Shown: one piece after another, positions 17,208 through 27,323 of the stretch
Layout of the letters: each line of letters opens with the position of its first letter
Position numbering within the stretch: the first letter of the stretch is position 1
Virus record (IMG/VR): IMGVR_UViG_3300041586_000126
Span: 23,193-87,192 of that record
Strand: one strand, 5' to 3'
Length of the DNA: 64,000 bases
Origin: a virus
Notes under the pieces: generated by a model
The model's input: only the letters and a program-made list of their open reading frames with translations
Database searches by the model: none
Told to the model about the DNA's origin: nothing
Program-made: the position numbers and the translations under genes

Positions 17208-17621
17208 ATGATAGATGCCAATAAAATTTTTGACCTATTTTCTGAGGGTTCAGATATTAAAAACAGACTACTTGAAGATTTAATAGAAGACCCATTAACT
17301 AAAATAGGTATGTTTGTTAAATTAATACAAAACCACGAAATATTTTATAGGAAATTAAGTCAGTTTTTATCAAAAGATAATCCTGATTATGATGTTGAAC
17401 AAACTAAAACATCGTCCAGTTTTGCGGTTTATAATAGAGCTTGGTTTTATATAAAGCAAATTGATTTGAAAAATAAAGACCACTTAGAAGCAATATTAAA
17501 ATTTAAAAGTGAACCCCTCTTAGATACTTTAAGTAAAGCACTTCAATATTTTGAGAATACAGAGCAATATATAATATGCGCTCAATTGCTAACTATAATA
17601 AATCTTAAAAAAAATATATAA
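17208..17621 (+). CDS. Hypothetical protein with C-terminal UVR-like motif
   Basis: Ends ...ALQYFENTEQYIICAQL; late motif at 17196. Confidence 0.65.
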   Translation: MIDANKIFDLFSEGSDIKNRLLEDLIEDPLTKIGMFVKLIQNHEIFYRKLSQFLSKDNPDYDVEQTKTSSSFAVYNRAWFYIKQIDLKNKDHLEAILKFKSEPLLDTLSKALQYFENTEQYIICAQLLTIINLKKNI

Positions 17622-17660
17622 AATAACTAGGATATTAGAGAAACTTTACATACCTTTGCT
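17619..17660 (+). repeat. Direct repeat copy A (contains an early promoter)
   Basis: 39/42 identical to 21219-21260; TAGG-N19-TACCTTTGC matches the Bacteroidota TAnnTTTG box. Confidence 0.85.
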
Positions 17661-17679
17661 ATACCGAAATATTAGAAAA

Positions 17680-17761
17680 TAAGGGTTAAGAAGATAGGGA
17701 ATAAGGGAATAAGGGAATAAGGGAATAAGGAATAGGGGTTAAGGAGATAGGGAATGGGGGG
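17680..17761 (+). repeat. Purine-rich (GGGAATAA)n tandem repeat with G-quadruplex pattern
   Basis: GGG-AATAA-GGG-AATAA-GGG-AATAA-GGG at 17697-17723, plus further G runs. Confidence 0.8.
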
Positions 17762-17818
17762 AACAACCTTACCATTTTATGTACACTTATTTTCCATTTC
17801 AATATTTATAATTAAAAC

Positions 17819-18415
17819 ATGTACACATTATACAAAGATAAGTCTGAAATTTTCGAATGTAAAGTAATGGTAGAGGGGGCTGATTTAAAAAATGCCCAAG
17901 CTAGATTAATATTAGAAAATGATGAATATTCATTATTATTTAAAGGTAATATAGATTCTGATGGTAAATGTTCTATAGATATCAGACAACTAAAATTTTT
18001 ATCTGAGAACCTTAAAGGTAAAATGAAATTAGAAGTTATAGTGGATAATGATACTTATTTTATACCTTATGAAGATGACTTTATAGTAGATGTAAGTAAA
18101 AAAGTAAGAGTAGAGGTAATACAAACAACTTCACCCTTAATTAGTGATAAAAAAGTTGTAGTAAAAGTTAATAACCCTAACAAACTTATTAAGTCTCCTA
18201 AGATTTTAAATACTTTACCTATATTTGAAATTGCGATTAAAGAAGCATATGATGCTATAAACGATGATACTATTAAGAATTTAAAACCCTTGGTTAAAAA
18301 GTTTTTAATAAAAGAAATGTTACAAGAAGTAATTGATAAATATAAAATACCATCATCAGATATAAGTAAATTTAATAGAGGGATAATACAGGAAATCAGA
18401 AAAAATAAGTTATAA
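17819..18415 (+). CDS. Late protein with beta-rich N-terminal domain (probable virion protein)
   Basis: Late motif at 17802. Confidence 0.6.
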   Translation: MYTLYKDKSEIFECKVMVEGADLKNAQARLILENDEYSLLFKGNIDSDGKCSIDIRQLKFLSENLKGKMKLEVIVDNDTYFIPYEDDFIVDVSKKVRVEVIQTTSPLISDKKVVVKVNNPNKLIKSPKILNTLPIFEIAIKEAYDAINDDTIKNLKPLVKKFLIKEMLQEVIDKYKIPSSDISKFNRGIIQEIRKNKL

Positions 18416-18418
18416 CAC

Positions 18419-18631
18419 ATGGAAAATAATTTAGAATTTGAAAATATACAAGATACATATCAGAGACTAATACAAGTTGTTGATAATATATTATATGATG
18501 GGAGTGGAAACTTATTAGAACTATCCCTAAATAGTATTGAAAACTTAGAAGCCTACATAATATATAAGGCAAATACCCAAATGCTTAATCAAATAAATTT
18601 TATTAATCTAAGAAATGAAATATGGATTTAA
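18419..18631 (+). CDS. Hypothetical protein
   Basis: 70-aa ORF in the operon. Confidence 0.55.
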   Translation: MENNLEFENIQDTYQRLIQVVDNILYDGSGNLLELSLNSIENLEAYIIYKANTQMLNQINFINLRNEIWI

Positions 18632-18831
18632 CAATACCAGAAGCAATAATAGCCTTAGAAACAACTAACGCAGAATTATTAGCCAGCGTTAATATATCTA
18701 AAAATAATATTGATAGTAGAATAGCAGAAGCCGTGGTTTTATCTGAAAATAAAGCTATTGAACCCTTGTTTGGGGTTGTAACTAATCAGTTGATTACTCA
18801 AACCCTATTAATAAATTTAATAACATTATAA
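18622..18831 (+). CDS. Hypothetical protein
   Basis: 69-aa ORF in the operon. Confidence 0.55.
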   Translation: MDLTIPEAIIALETTNAELLASVNISKNNIDSRIAEAVVLSENKAIEPLFGVVTNQLITQTLLINLITL

Positions 18832-18834
18832 AAT

Positions 18835-19443
18835 ATGCCAACTACAGAAGAACTTTTATTAGCCATATCCAATGCCGCAACAGCACAAACCTTAGCTGTA
18901 GCAGCTTCAAAAACTTCAGTTGATAACTTAACTGATAGTTATGTTGATACTAAAAATAAAGTTGATAATGAGCTTAATAATGTAGATAACACTTCAGATT
19001 TATCCAAACCTCTAAGTGAGGCAGATATATTAGCTTTAAATTTAAAAGTAAATATTAGTGATTTATCTACTATAAATGGTCAATCTATTGTTGGTGGGAG
19101 TCCTTTAGTTATAGCAAGAAGTCTAACTGAATTAGAAACTTTACCCTATGAAGATAGAGGGGCATTAAGGACTCCCATCCCTCCATTACCTTCTTCGGAT
19201 GATTCTGTTATAGTTGAGGGAATTGGACTTTTAATTTTTGTAGATTCCTTTACGGAACCAGATGATGATGAAACCTCTTTTATAGCTGTTGACCCCGTAA
19301 GTCTTTTACCTATTGGACAATGGCTTTTAAATCTAGCGGCACCTGATCTAGCGGATTCATGGGCTACGGATGAAAGACATCTTAGAGATGAACTAGATGA
19401 GGATGAAATAAGTAGACTTAGCATGTTTTTTACAACAAAATAA
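18835..19443 (+). CDS. Tail-fibre-like protein
   Basis: NNVDNTSDLSKPLS and TINGQSIVG motifs typical of phage fibre shafts. Confidence 0.6.
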   Translation: MPTTEELLLAISNAATAQTLAVAASKTSVDNLTDSYVDTKNKVDNELNNVDNTSDLSKPLSEADILALNLKVNISDLSTINGQSIVGGSPLVIARSLTELETLPYEDRGALRTPIPPLPSSDDSVIVEGIGLLIFVDSFTEPDDDETSFIAVDPVSLLPIGQWLLNLAAPDLADSWATDERHLRDELDEDEISRLSMFFTTK

Positions 19444-19466
19444 ATATTATATAAATTAAAACTATT

Positions 19467-20909
19467 ATGAGATTAACAACAAGAAGATTATTAAATGCTA
19501 TTAAATCTACATCGGTACTAGGCGTGGAATTAGAAGAAAGATTAGCTGATGAAGGAACTACCTCGGGTTTTCTTGAAGCGTTAGCTATGCGAAGTGAAAC
19601 TAGAAGTTTGGCCGCAAGTCCTACTGCATTAGCAGCTATAATTTCAAGTGCTAGAGCAACTAATTCTATTTTTGCAGCCGCTAGTATAAATAATTCTACT
19701 GCTGCTCAAGCTGTAGTATTAAGTCCCCTAGCAATGAGTATGGTTTCAAATTCATTACCTGCTTTAATTACGGTAATAGAAAACTCAATTTCCTGGAAGT
19801 TATTTTATGAAAGTTCATTTTATGAAAATAATATAGTAACCATAACAGCATTGTTTGCGGGTAGAAATCCTAGTAATTATAGTTCTATGAATTCCTTAAT
19901 TGCGGACGTTGTGGCTATGGCTGAAATATCAGTAAGTAGTAGGGCAATGATGGCTATTGTTCAAAGTGCACCAACAATGGCTATTGTAGTACAAAGTACA
20001 AATGCAATGGAAAATATTGCAACATCATCTGGGGCCATGAATATATTTGCAAACTCTGATTTAAGTATGAATTTACTATCACAAAGCCCAATAGCTTTAT
20101 CTCAAGTAACTAATGAAGCTAGGCAAATAGTATCATCCATACCCTCTGCTATTAAAATAGTTTCATCATATTCTGCAGTTTGGTTAGGTTTAATTAGTAA
20201 TTCATCTACTTTAGAATCAAATTTATTTAATATAATAACAGGTATAGCGGATTTAGATAAAGCCCTATATTTTAATTCAGTTGAAAATATATTTGATGAT
20301 GGGGATGCTATGGCTAAAATAGCAAATATTCTACCTATTATACAAGCTATTACACGTGTGCCTTCGGCCTTAACTTTATTAACTAATAGCCCAAATTTAG
20401 GAATAGCTCTAGCTAACCCTATTACCGTTGGAGTATTAGCAAATGATACGCCCACACTAGTATCTCTTATTCAAAATACAACAGCATTTCCACTATTATT
20501 ATCAAGCTCTACTGCTAAAGCAGCTATATTTTCTTCAACCGCTGCTATTGATGCCATAGCGGGAAGTTCGGAAGCTATATCAACTTTAACTGCACTTAAA
20601 CTAACAAAAATTGCACCAGCTTTACCAGATGCTCTACCAGCCGTCTTCCAGACATATGGAATACCAGGGAAAACTTTAATACTTACAGTAGTAGCTAACT
20701 CGATTGTAGCAACGTTTGTAGAATTTGAATTTAACGGAACACCTCAATTCGGTTCGAATGCGGGGGTAGGTATCCAAACACCAGGAACTTCATTATCATC
20801 AGGACCTGTTGCACATATTGCGGCCTATACAGATTTAACATGGAATGTAAAAGCCATTGCGGCAACAGCGGGTGCTCAACCTATTATTACTTATGTAGAT
20901 TTTAATTAA
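19467..20909 (+). CDS. Ala/Ser-rich helical-repeat protein (probable virion accessory)
   Basis: About 10-aa repeats (AMxxIxxS). Confidence 0.65.
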   Translation: MRLTTRRLLNAIKSTSVLGVELEERLADEGTTSGFLEALAMRSETRSLAASPTALAAIISSARATNSIFAAASINNSTAAQAVVLSPLAMSMVSNSLPALITVIENSISWKLFYESSFYENNIVTITALFAGRNPSNYSSMNSLIADVVAMAEISVSSRAMMAIVQSAPTMAIVVQSTNAMENIATSSGAMNIFANSDLSMNLLSQSPIALSQVTNEARQIVSSIPSAIKIVSSYSAVWLGLISNSSTLESNLFNIITGIADLDKALYFNSVENIFDDGDAMAKIANILPIIQAITRVPSALTLLTNSPNLGIALANPITVGVLANDTPTLVSLIQNTTAFPLLLSSSTAKAAIFSSTAAIDAIAGSSEAISTLTALKLTKIAPALPDALPAVFQTYGIPGKTLILTVVANSIVATFVEFEFNGTPQFGSNAGVGIQTPGTSLSSGPVAHIAAYTDLTWNVKAIAATAGAQPIITYVDFN

Positions 20910-20912
20910 TAT

Positions 20913-21221
20913 ATGCCTTTTAATGAAACTAAGGTTCCTCACAAATGGGGTAATGCCCCTGTAATATGGGGTAATAACCCCTTCATATGGAGTGATGTCT
21001 TTTACATAATAAAAGAAATTATTAATGGAGGGTCTTACCAAGAGGGTTTTAGGGCGTTATCTAAAGAAAAAAAGGAGAAATTTATTAAAGTGGTTTTAAC
21101 TTTAAAGGGTATTAAATACGAAGATAAAAAAACAAAATTTAAAAAATATAAAGTGACCGTTAAAGATATAGAAATGGTTATAAAAGAAGTAAAAGTAAGA
21201 ATGTTAGAAAATAAAATCTAA
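20913..21221 (+). CDS. Hypothetical protein
   Basis: N-terminal 7-aa Trp repeats (WGNAPVI-WGNNPFI-W) and a basic C-terminus. Confidence 0.6.
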   Translation: MPFNETKVPHKWGNAPVIWGNNPFIWSDVFYIIKEIINGGSYQEGFRALSKEKKEKFIKVVLTLKGIKYEDKKTKFKKYKVTVKDIEMVIKEVKVRMLENKI

Positions 21222-21260
21222 AATAACTAGGATATTAAAGAAACTTTACGTACCTTTACT
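21219..21260 (+). repeat. Direct repeat copy B (contains an early promoter)
   Basis: Exactly 3600 bp downstream of copy A. Confidence 0.85.
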
Positions 21261-21288
21261 GTATAATAAAATAATAAAAACAATAACT

Positions 21289-21471
21289 ATGAGAAACAAA
21301 AATTTATTTGAGAAAAAATTATTACAAATATCATCAACTCTAATAGAGCTTAAACGTATGACTAGTGATTCTAGAGAATCCGTTTCAAGTTTTATTAAAA
21401 AAATTGAATCTACCGAAGGGGTTGTTGAGGATTTACAATCAATGGTTGAGCAGGATAATACAATTAGTTAA
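21289..21471 (+). CDS. Small hypothetical protein
   Basis: 60-aa helical ORF after a promoter. Confidence 0.6.
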   Translation: MRNKNLFEKKLLQISSTLIELKRMTSDSRESVSSFIKKIESTEGVVEDLQSMVEQDNTIS

Positions 21472-21488
21472 ATTAAAAATAATAAGTT

Positions 21489-22265
21489 ATGATATTTACA
21501 CCAGAACAAATCCAATCTAATTGGGAAGAATTTTTAGGCAATATTTCAGACTATATAGCAGAGCCTAGACAACAAAAATTACTTGACTTTTATAAAAAAT
21601 TTGAAGACCGTGTAATACTAATGCCCGCGGCCAATCATAAAAAATATCATTCGGCATTTCCTGGAGGATATGTTGACCATGTCAATAGGGTTGTTAGGGG
21701 CGCATTAGCCACATCTGATATGTGGGAGAGTTTTGGTTGTGATATGTCTACCTTTACTAAGGAAGAATTAGTATTTTCAGCAATAAATCATGATCTGGGT
21801 AAAATGGGTTCCGAGGAACATGAAGCATATATACCTCAGACAGATAAATGGCGTAAAGAAAAATTGGAGGAAGATTATACTTTTAATACAGCTTTACCAT
21901 TTGCATCGGTTCCAGATAGAGGATTATTTTTACTACAACAGCATGATGTTAAATATAGCTTTAATGAGATGGTAGCAATCCAAACCCATGATGGAATATA
22001 TGACCCCGCTAATGAAAAATATCTAAAGGGATTTATGCCAGAAACCAAACCTCGTACATCTTTACCTTTCATTTTACACCAAGCAGATATGATGGCTGCA
22101 AGGATTGAATTTGAAATTGAATGGTTGCCTAAATTTTCTAAGCAGGAGAAAAAGGTTTTAAATAAACCAGAACAATCTAAACAAACCAACCCAACAATTA
22201 AAACTAAAGCTTTTAGTAAGGTAGGTAGTGTAGGGTTAATGAATATGTTAGATACTATCACATAA
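21489..22265 (+). CDS. HD-domain phosphohydrolase (YhaM-like HD domain)
   Basis: YHSAFPGGYVDH, HDLGK, HDG, HQAD. Confidence 0.85.
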   Translation: MIFTPEQIQSNWEEFLGNISDYIAEPRQQKLLDFYKKFEDRVILMPAANHKKYHSAFPGGYVDHVNRVVRGALATSDMWESFGCDMSTFTKEELVFSAINHDLGKMGSEEHEAYIPQTDKWRKEKLEEDYTFNTALPFASVPDRGLFLLQQHDVKYSFNEMVAIQTHDGIYDPANEKYLKGFMPETKPRTSLPFILHQADMMAARIEFEIEWLPKFSKQEKKVLNKPEQSKQTNPTIKTKAFSKVGSVGLMNMLDTIT

Positions 22266-22380
22266 CTTATTAAAAATAATGTGGATACGTCAAATAGGGG
22301 TTGTATGTTACCGGTAGAACATAACCCCCTTATAAACAAATATCATTTGTCAATGTAAGATTAAAAAGCATTAAATACTT

Positions 22381-22653
22381 ATGATACTTAAAATAGTTAT
22401 TATATTAGGTGTATTGGTCGTTATCTTAGGATATACGACCTTTAACTTATTCCGAAAATACGGCAAATTAATGGACATTGTAATATCCCAAAATAAATTT
22501 CTTAATAAAATAGAAGAAAACATTACATCCAGTAATAACCGTTTAAAAAAAATAGATGAAAAAGGATCTTTTGAAAGCGATGATGAAATAGGTTGGTTTT
22601 TCAATGAGATTAAAGATATTCAAAATAATTTATTACAGTTTAGAAAAAGTTAA
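22381..22653 (+). CDS. Small membrane-anchored protein
   Basis: N-terminal TM helix and coiled coil. Confidence 0.7.
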   Translation: MILKIVIILGVLVVILGYTTFNLFRKYGKLMDIVISQNKFLNKIEENITSSNNRLKKIDEKGSFESDDEIGWFFNEIKDIQNNLLQFRKS

Positions 22654-22655
22654 TA

Positions 22656-23369
22656 ATGGAGGAAATAAAAAAAACACGCAAACCTAAGAGCAAAAATTAC
22701 TTCACCCAGGATACTGAAAATGCTATTGTATTATATAATAATACTGAGTGTTCTGATATGAGAAGTAGAATATACGATAAAGAAATCCACTATGCATTCT
22801 TTAAACTTACTCAAAATATCATTCATACTTTTAAATTTTATCACACTGAAGTAGAAAATTTAGAACACCTACAACATGAGATAATTATTTTTCTTTTATC
22901 AAAGATCCATAAATTTGACCCAACACGAGGTACTAAGGCGTATTCCTATTTTGGTACTATAGTAAAACGTTGGTTAATATTATATACCACTAAGAATTAT
23001 TCTAAAAAGATAAAAAAAGTACCCATCGATATATTAATGGATGAAAACTCGACCCATACTTGTAAAATTGGTGACGAAGAAGTCAAAACAGATCTTGACA
23101 AATATATTGAAATCTATTTGGAGCATGTTACTAAAAACATTTATACATTTTTCCCAAAAAAGAATGATGCTCAAATTGCGGATGCTATATTAGAATTATT
23201 TCGTAAAAGAGAAATTATTGAGATATTTAACAAAAAAGCACTTTATATTTACATTCGTGAGATAGTTGATGTAAAAACTCCTAAAATTACCAAAATAGCT
23301 AATAAGTTACACGTTATTTTTAAACAACAATACATACCTTTTTTAGAAAATGGGTATGCTAAATTCTAA
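22656..23369 (+). CDS. Phage RNA polymerase sigma factor (T4 gp55-like, probably late)
   Basis: Region-2-like KFDPTRGTKAYSYFGTIVKR; immediately precedes the structural module. Confidence 0.75.
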   Translation: MEEIKKTRKPKSKNYFTQDTENAIVLYNNTECSDMRSRIYDKEIHYAFFKLTQNIIHTFKFYHTEVENLEHLQHEIIIFLLSKIHKFDPTRGTKAYSYFGTIVKRWLILYTTKNYSKKIKKVPIDILMDENSTHTCKIGDEEVKTDLDKYIEIYLEHVTKNIYTFFPKKNDAQIADAILELFRKREIIEIFNKKALYIYIREIVDVKTPKITKIANKLHVIFKQQYIPFLENGYAKF

Positions 23370-23384
23370 TTCCTTTCTACTTTC

Positions 23385-23394
23385 ATATTTATAA
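23385..23394 (+). promoter_or_regulatory. Late-type promoter motif ATATTTATAA (representative copy)
   Basis: Identical 10-mer upstream of ATGs at 7345, 17196, 17802, 23385, 26497, 36007, 40593, 43364, 47606 and 50701. Confidence 0.75.
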
Positions 23395-23402
23395 TAAAAA
23401 TT

Positions 23403-23756
23403 ATGGGAGCATTAGATAGCGTTATATTTGGTGATAAAAAATTTTCAGATATATTAAGTGAAATATATAATAATCAAAAATCCAAACAACAACAAATTGG
23501 GGGGCTTATTTCAGAATTAAAACCTCTTATTAAAGATATAGGAGATGCAACTCTACTTGTACCCCTTATTAAAGAATATATGGAAATAGGTGTTCGTAAT
23601 GATGAACAGCTAATCAAAATGGCTACTATTATACAACGTGTAGTTAACAATTCAAGCAGCGATGATGCCTCAGGTATAACAGATGCTGAAAAAGATCAAT
23701 TAATGGCTGAACTTGATAAACTTAATGAAAATTACGAAGCCAATAAAGATAAATAA
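23403..23756 (+). CDS. Late hypothetical protein
   Basis: 117-aa helical ORF, first gene of a late operon. Confidence 0.7.
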   Translation: MGALDSVIFGDKKFSDILSEIYNNQKSKQQQIGGLISELKPLIKDIGDATLLVPLIKEYMEIGVRNDEQLIKMATIIQRVVNNSSSDDASGITDAEKDQLMAELDKLNENYEANKDK

Positions 23757-25048
23757 TGTTAAAAACAGGCATATCATATTTAAATAACTCGGCAACATCC
23801 AATATGGACAACTCACAGTTGTCTAACCTTAATAGTGGTGATTTTATTGTAGCTCGAGTACTTGATATCTCTATAAATAGCGACTCAGAAATATTTTCTA
23901 TTACAGGGGGGTGGAGTGGGATTGGCTCTATAAAATTTCAACAAATTACTAAATCACTTTTACCTTCTACTAAAAGTCAGGAAAATACTACCTTTGCAAC
24001 TCCTTGTAATGGACAATTTAAATCTTTTCCACTAGTAAATGAAATGGTACTTATTTTTAAAGGACCTTCTACTAAAAATACTCAAACTACCAACACTAAA
24101 ACTTTTTACTATCTAAATACTTTTTCGCTTTGGAATAACCAACATGCAAACCCCTTCCCTGATGTGTATTTTAATGATATAACATTATCACCTTCTATGA
24201 ATAAGAGTAATGCTGATATACAAGCAGGTAGTGTGAGAAAAATATCAAAATCCATAACATCAATAAATCTAAATGGTAATAGTGGGGGTAAGTTCATAGA
24301 AAAAGGGAACATTCACCCTATTTTACCTTTTGCGGGGGATAGTATATTTGAAGGTAGATTTGGTAATAGTATTAGATTAGGAAGTACTTCCAACAATAAC
24401 GGACTACAAAACAACTGGTCGTCTGCAGGAGAAAATGGTGACCCCATTACTATATTTAAAAATGGTCAATCCCCTTTTAATAATTCAAAAGGATTTGAAC
24501 ATATAGTTGAAAATATAAATACTGATCCTTCATCGATGTATTTAACTTCTACCCAAAAAATACCTATTAGAGTTGCAACGGCAACACAAAACGTAGGTGA
24601 AGGAGTTACTATACCCTTTAATAATTTAATATCACAAACCCCTATATCCCCACAATCTTTTAACACACCTCAAGTAATACTAAATTCAGAAAGGCTTTTA
24701 TTCAATACAACAGTTGATAGTATAATATTTTCAGCTCAAAAATCGTTTATTGCAGAATCTAAAGAAGATATGGGGTTAAAATCCTTAAAGGGTAACGTAA
24801 CTTTAGTAGCTGATAAGGGTGTTGTATCTTTAGGTAAAAAAGATGCAAATCAATCCTCTATTAGAGGTGATGACTTTGCTATTCAATTTGATGCTCTTGT
24901 AGGTACGTTAAAAAATCTATGCTTAGCTCTATCTAAAGAATCATCAACTCCTATTGCTGCATCCGCTTCAGAACTATTAATAAAAACTTTAGAGGGGATA
25001 CAGCAAGCAACACCTAATTTTTTGTCTAAACAAGTAAAACTTAATTAA
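23756..25048 (+). CDS. Baseplate hub/spike protein (gp5/gpV-like)
   Basis: N-terminal OB-like FPLVNEMV, GDSIFEGRFGNSIRLGS, and beta-helical C-terminus. Confidence 0.65.
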   Translation: MLKTGISYLNNSATSNMDNSQLSNLNSGDFIVARVLDISINSDSEIFSITGGWSGIGSIKFQQITKSLLPSTKSQENTTFATPCNGQFKSFPLVNEMVLIFKGPSTKNTQTTNTKTFYYLNTFSLWNNQHANPFPDVYFNDITLSPSMNKSNADIQAGSVRKISKSITSINLNGNSGGKFIEKGNIHPILPFAGDSIFEGRFGNSIRLGSTSNNNGLQNNWSSAGENGDPITIFKNGQSPFNNSKGFEHIVENINTDPSSMYLTSTQKIPIRVATATQNVGEGVTIPFNNLISQTPISPQSFNTPQVILNSERLLFNTTVDSIIFSAQKSFIAESKEDMGLKSLKGNVTLVADKGVVSLGKKDANQSSIRGDDFAIQFDALVGTLKNLCLALSKESSTPIAASASELLIKTLEGIQQATPNFLSKQVKLN

Positions 25049-25049
25049 C

Positions 25050-26492
25050 ATGGTTATTTTTACAGAAAACATGCTACTTGATTTAGGGAAATTATTCTTA
25101 AAGACACAACAAGGTCAAAATCTTATAGCAAAATCCGAAGGGATTAATAGTGATGTAAAATCATACAAGGCATCGGCCGAGGTTTTAAAAAAATATGTTC
25201 CTGAGATGCAAACCTTTACTACAACTGGTAGGGTATATGATAAACAAACAGGTCTTCCCTTAAAGGGTATTGAAGTAAAACCTCAATTTACTTTATATCC
25301 TGTAATTCGAGTAAAAAGAACAGCTGAGGAACTACTTGAAAAGAAAAATGCAAATAAAGGAGAATATAAATTTATAAAAGATAACAATTCCCCCAATTTT
25401 ACTAAAACAGATGAAGAAGGTAGATTTGAAATTCAATTTTCAATACCCACTCTACCCTCACTAGGTAATAAATCACTAGTTAAACCAACTATTTTTTATA
25501 ATGAAAAGGAATATGCACCTGCTATACAAAGTTTAATAAATGGTGATAACGAAATACCCCAAGAATTACCCATATTTGGTTTAATAAATCTAGATTTAGC
25601 CTCAAAACAATCATTAAGACAAATAGAAGAGGAACTTGCATCTGTATCTGAAAAAGCTGCAAACACCGCTTTGGATGCTACTGAACTATTAATCAATGCA
25701 ACCAGACGTAAAGTAATGGGTATGGCTACTGTTATACAAACTAAATTATTCCCATTAGCTTTTCAATTAATGATTCTATTTGGTATAGCTAAAATCGAGC
25801 AGGCTTCTAATAATCAAGAAACTTGTCCTAGTGGTGAAGTATTAAAAAGCATAATTAAAAGAAGAAATAGTGTAGTACGACAATTAAATAACATATATAG
25901 TGTTATTATAGCTAATACTCTTTTAGCGGGTTTATTATTATATTTGAGTACTTTATTAAAACAATCACAAATATTAATTTCATCTATCCCAATTCCCTTA
26001 GGAGCACCTGTAGGGGTAGGTGTACCTTACTCAGTAGTAGCTAAGCTAGAAGATATAAAAAAACAAATCGACAAATTAATAAATATAGCAGATAATACTA
26101 AAAAAGCTTTGTTAATTTCTTTAGTCTTTTTAATAATATCTTTATTGTTAATTTTAAAATATTTAAAAGCAATTGATGGGTTAATAGATAAATGTACTAT
26201 AGAGCCTAATAGTGGGGAAACCATGATAGAATTAAATGCTGAATTACTAGCATTATCCAGTTTACAAGCGGAGCAAGGAAATCCTGTTATTACTAAAGTA
26301 AATGGGTTTATTATGTCTGTGCAGGTAGTTGATAAATCTAATGTTGACGATTATTTTAGAAGACAAGCAATAGCTAAAAACTCTCAGGGTATTACCATAT
26401 TAAAAGGAGAACCTTCATTTAGTGCCGGAGATCAAATATTAATAGACGAATTAGTATTTTATATTCAACAAAACAATTTAAAAGCAGATTAA
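25050..26492 (+). CDS. Virion-associated protein with hydrophobic helices
   Basis: GRVYDKQTGLPLKG...TDEEGRF Ig-like domain plus hydrophobic segments; baseplate context. Confidence 0.6.
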   Translation: MVIFTENMLLDLGKLFLKTQQGQNLIAKSEGINSDVKSYKASAEVLKKYVPEMQTFTTTGRVYDKQTGLPLKGIEVKPQFTLYPVIRVKRTAEELLEKKNANKGEYKFIKDNNSPNFTKTDEEGRFEIQFSIPTLPSLGNKSLVKPTIFYNEKEYAPAIQSLINGDNEIPQELPIFGLINLDLASKQSLRQIEEELASVSEKAANTALDATELLINATRRKVMGMATVIQTKLFPLAFQLMILFGIAKIEQASNNQETCPSGEVLKSIIKRRNSVVRQLNNIYSVIIANTLLAGLLLYLSTLLKQSQILISSIPIPLGAPVGVGVPYSVVAKLEDIKKQIDKLINIADNTKKALLISLVFLIISLLLILKYLKAIDGLIDKCTIEPNSGETMIELNAELLALSSLQAEQGNPVITKVNGFIMSVQVVDKSNVDDYFRRQAIAKNSQGITILKGEPSFSAGDQILIDELVFYIQQNNLKAD

Positions 26493-26510
26493 TTTAATAT
26501 TTATAATTAT

Positions 26511-26912
26511 ATGAAACTAAGTCAATTAAAACAAATAGTAAAAGAAGCCGTAAAAGAGGCAATACAGGAAGAAATGAAAGACATTTTATTGGAAGCAGTA
26601 CGTTCTTCTAAACAAACAATTTATGAAAACCAAATGTCTACACCTACAACAAATGTAGTGGCACCAATATCTAACAATTATGAATCATATTCACCACTCC
26701 CTGAAACCGATAGATTGAAACTAAGAGAAAACATGATGAGTGTACTGGATGGAATGAGACCAGGAGCTAACGGTACTCTAAATGCCACTACCTCAAACAT
26801 TCAACCTTTACAAATGGTAGGAAGTATGGATACTACAAGCCCAAATGGTCAATTACCTCAAGGAGATGTATCTATAGAAATGATTAATAATATAATGCAA
26901 GGAAAAATATAA
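26511..26912 (+). CDS. Late protein with MKLSQLKQIVKEAVKE N-terminus
   Basis: Late motif at 26497. Confidence 0.65.
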   Translation: MKLSQLKQIVKEAVKEAIQEEMKDILLEAVRSSKQTIYENQMSTPTTNVVAPISNNYESYSPLPETDRLKLRENMMSVLDGMRPGANGTLNATTSNIQPLQMVGSMDTTSPNGQLPQGDVSIEMINNIMQGKI

Positions 26913-26915
26913 TAT

Positions 26916-27323
26916 ATGGCATTTGGGGCAATACAACAATTTCCAAACGATACCCAACCTAGAGTAGGGATAGGAGTTAATATACCATTTAATGAAGGTG
27001 GAGTATTCACCCCTAATTACCTAACAGCTACCGCTATTAAAAATAACTTAATAAACTATTTTTTAACAAATCCGGGAGAAAGACCGGGTAACCCATCATT
27101 TGGGGGAGGTTTAAGAGCATTTATTTTTGAGCAAATAGTAAGTGAAAATATAGATTTTTTAAGGGAGGATATTTCAACTAAAGTTGGAATGAAATTCCCA
27201 AATATAGTAATTAATAACTTAGATGTATTACGTTCTGAAGATAGTAATACTATAACAGTACAATTATCTTATATTGTAGTAAACACATCTATTAGAGATG
27301 AAATAGTATTAAATTTCGCATAA
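26916..27323 (+). CDS. gp25: Baseplate wedge protein, gp25/GpW family
   Basis: IKNNLINYFLTNPGERPGNPSFGGGLRAFIFE signature. Confidence 0.9.
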   Translation: MAFGAIQQFPNDTQPRVGIGVNIPFNEGGVFTPNYLTATAIKNNLINYFLTNPGERPGNPSFGGGLRAFIFEQIVSENIDFLREDISTKVGMKFPNIVINNLDVLRSEDSNTITVQLSYIVVNTSIRDEIVLNFA

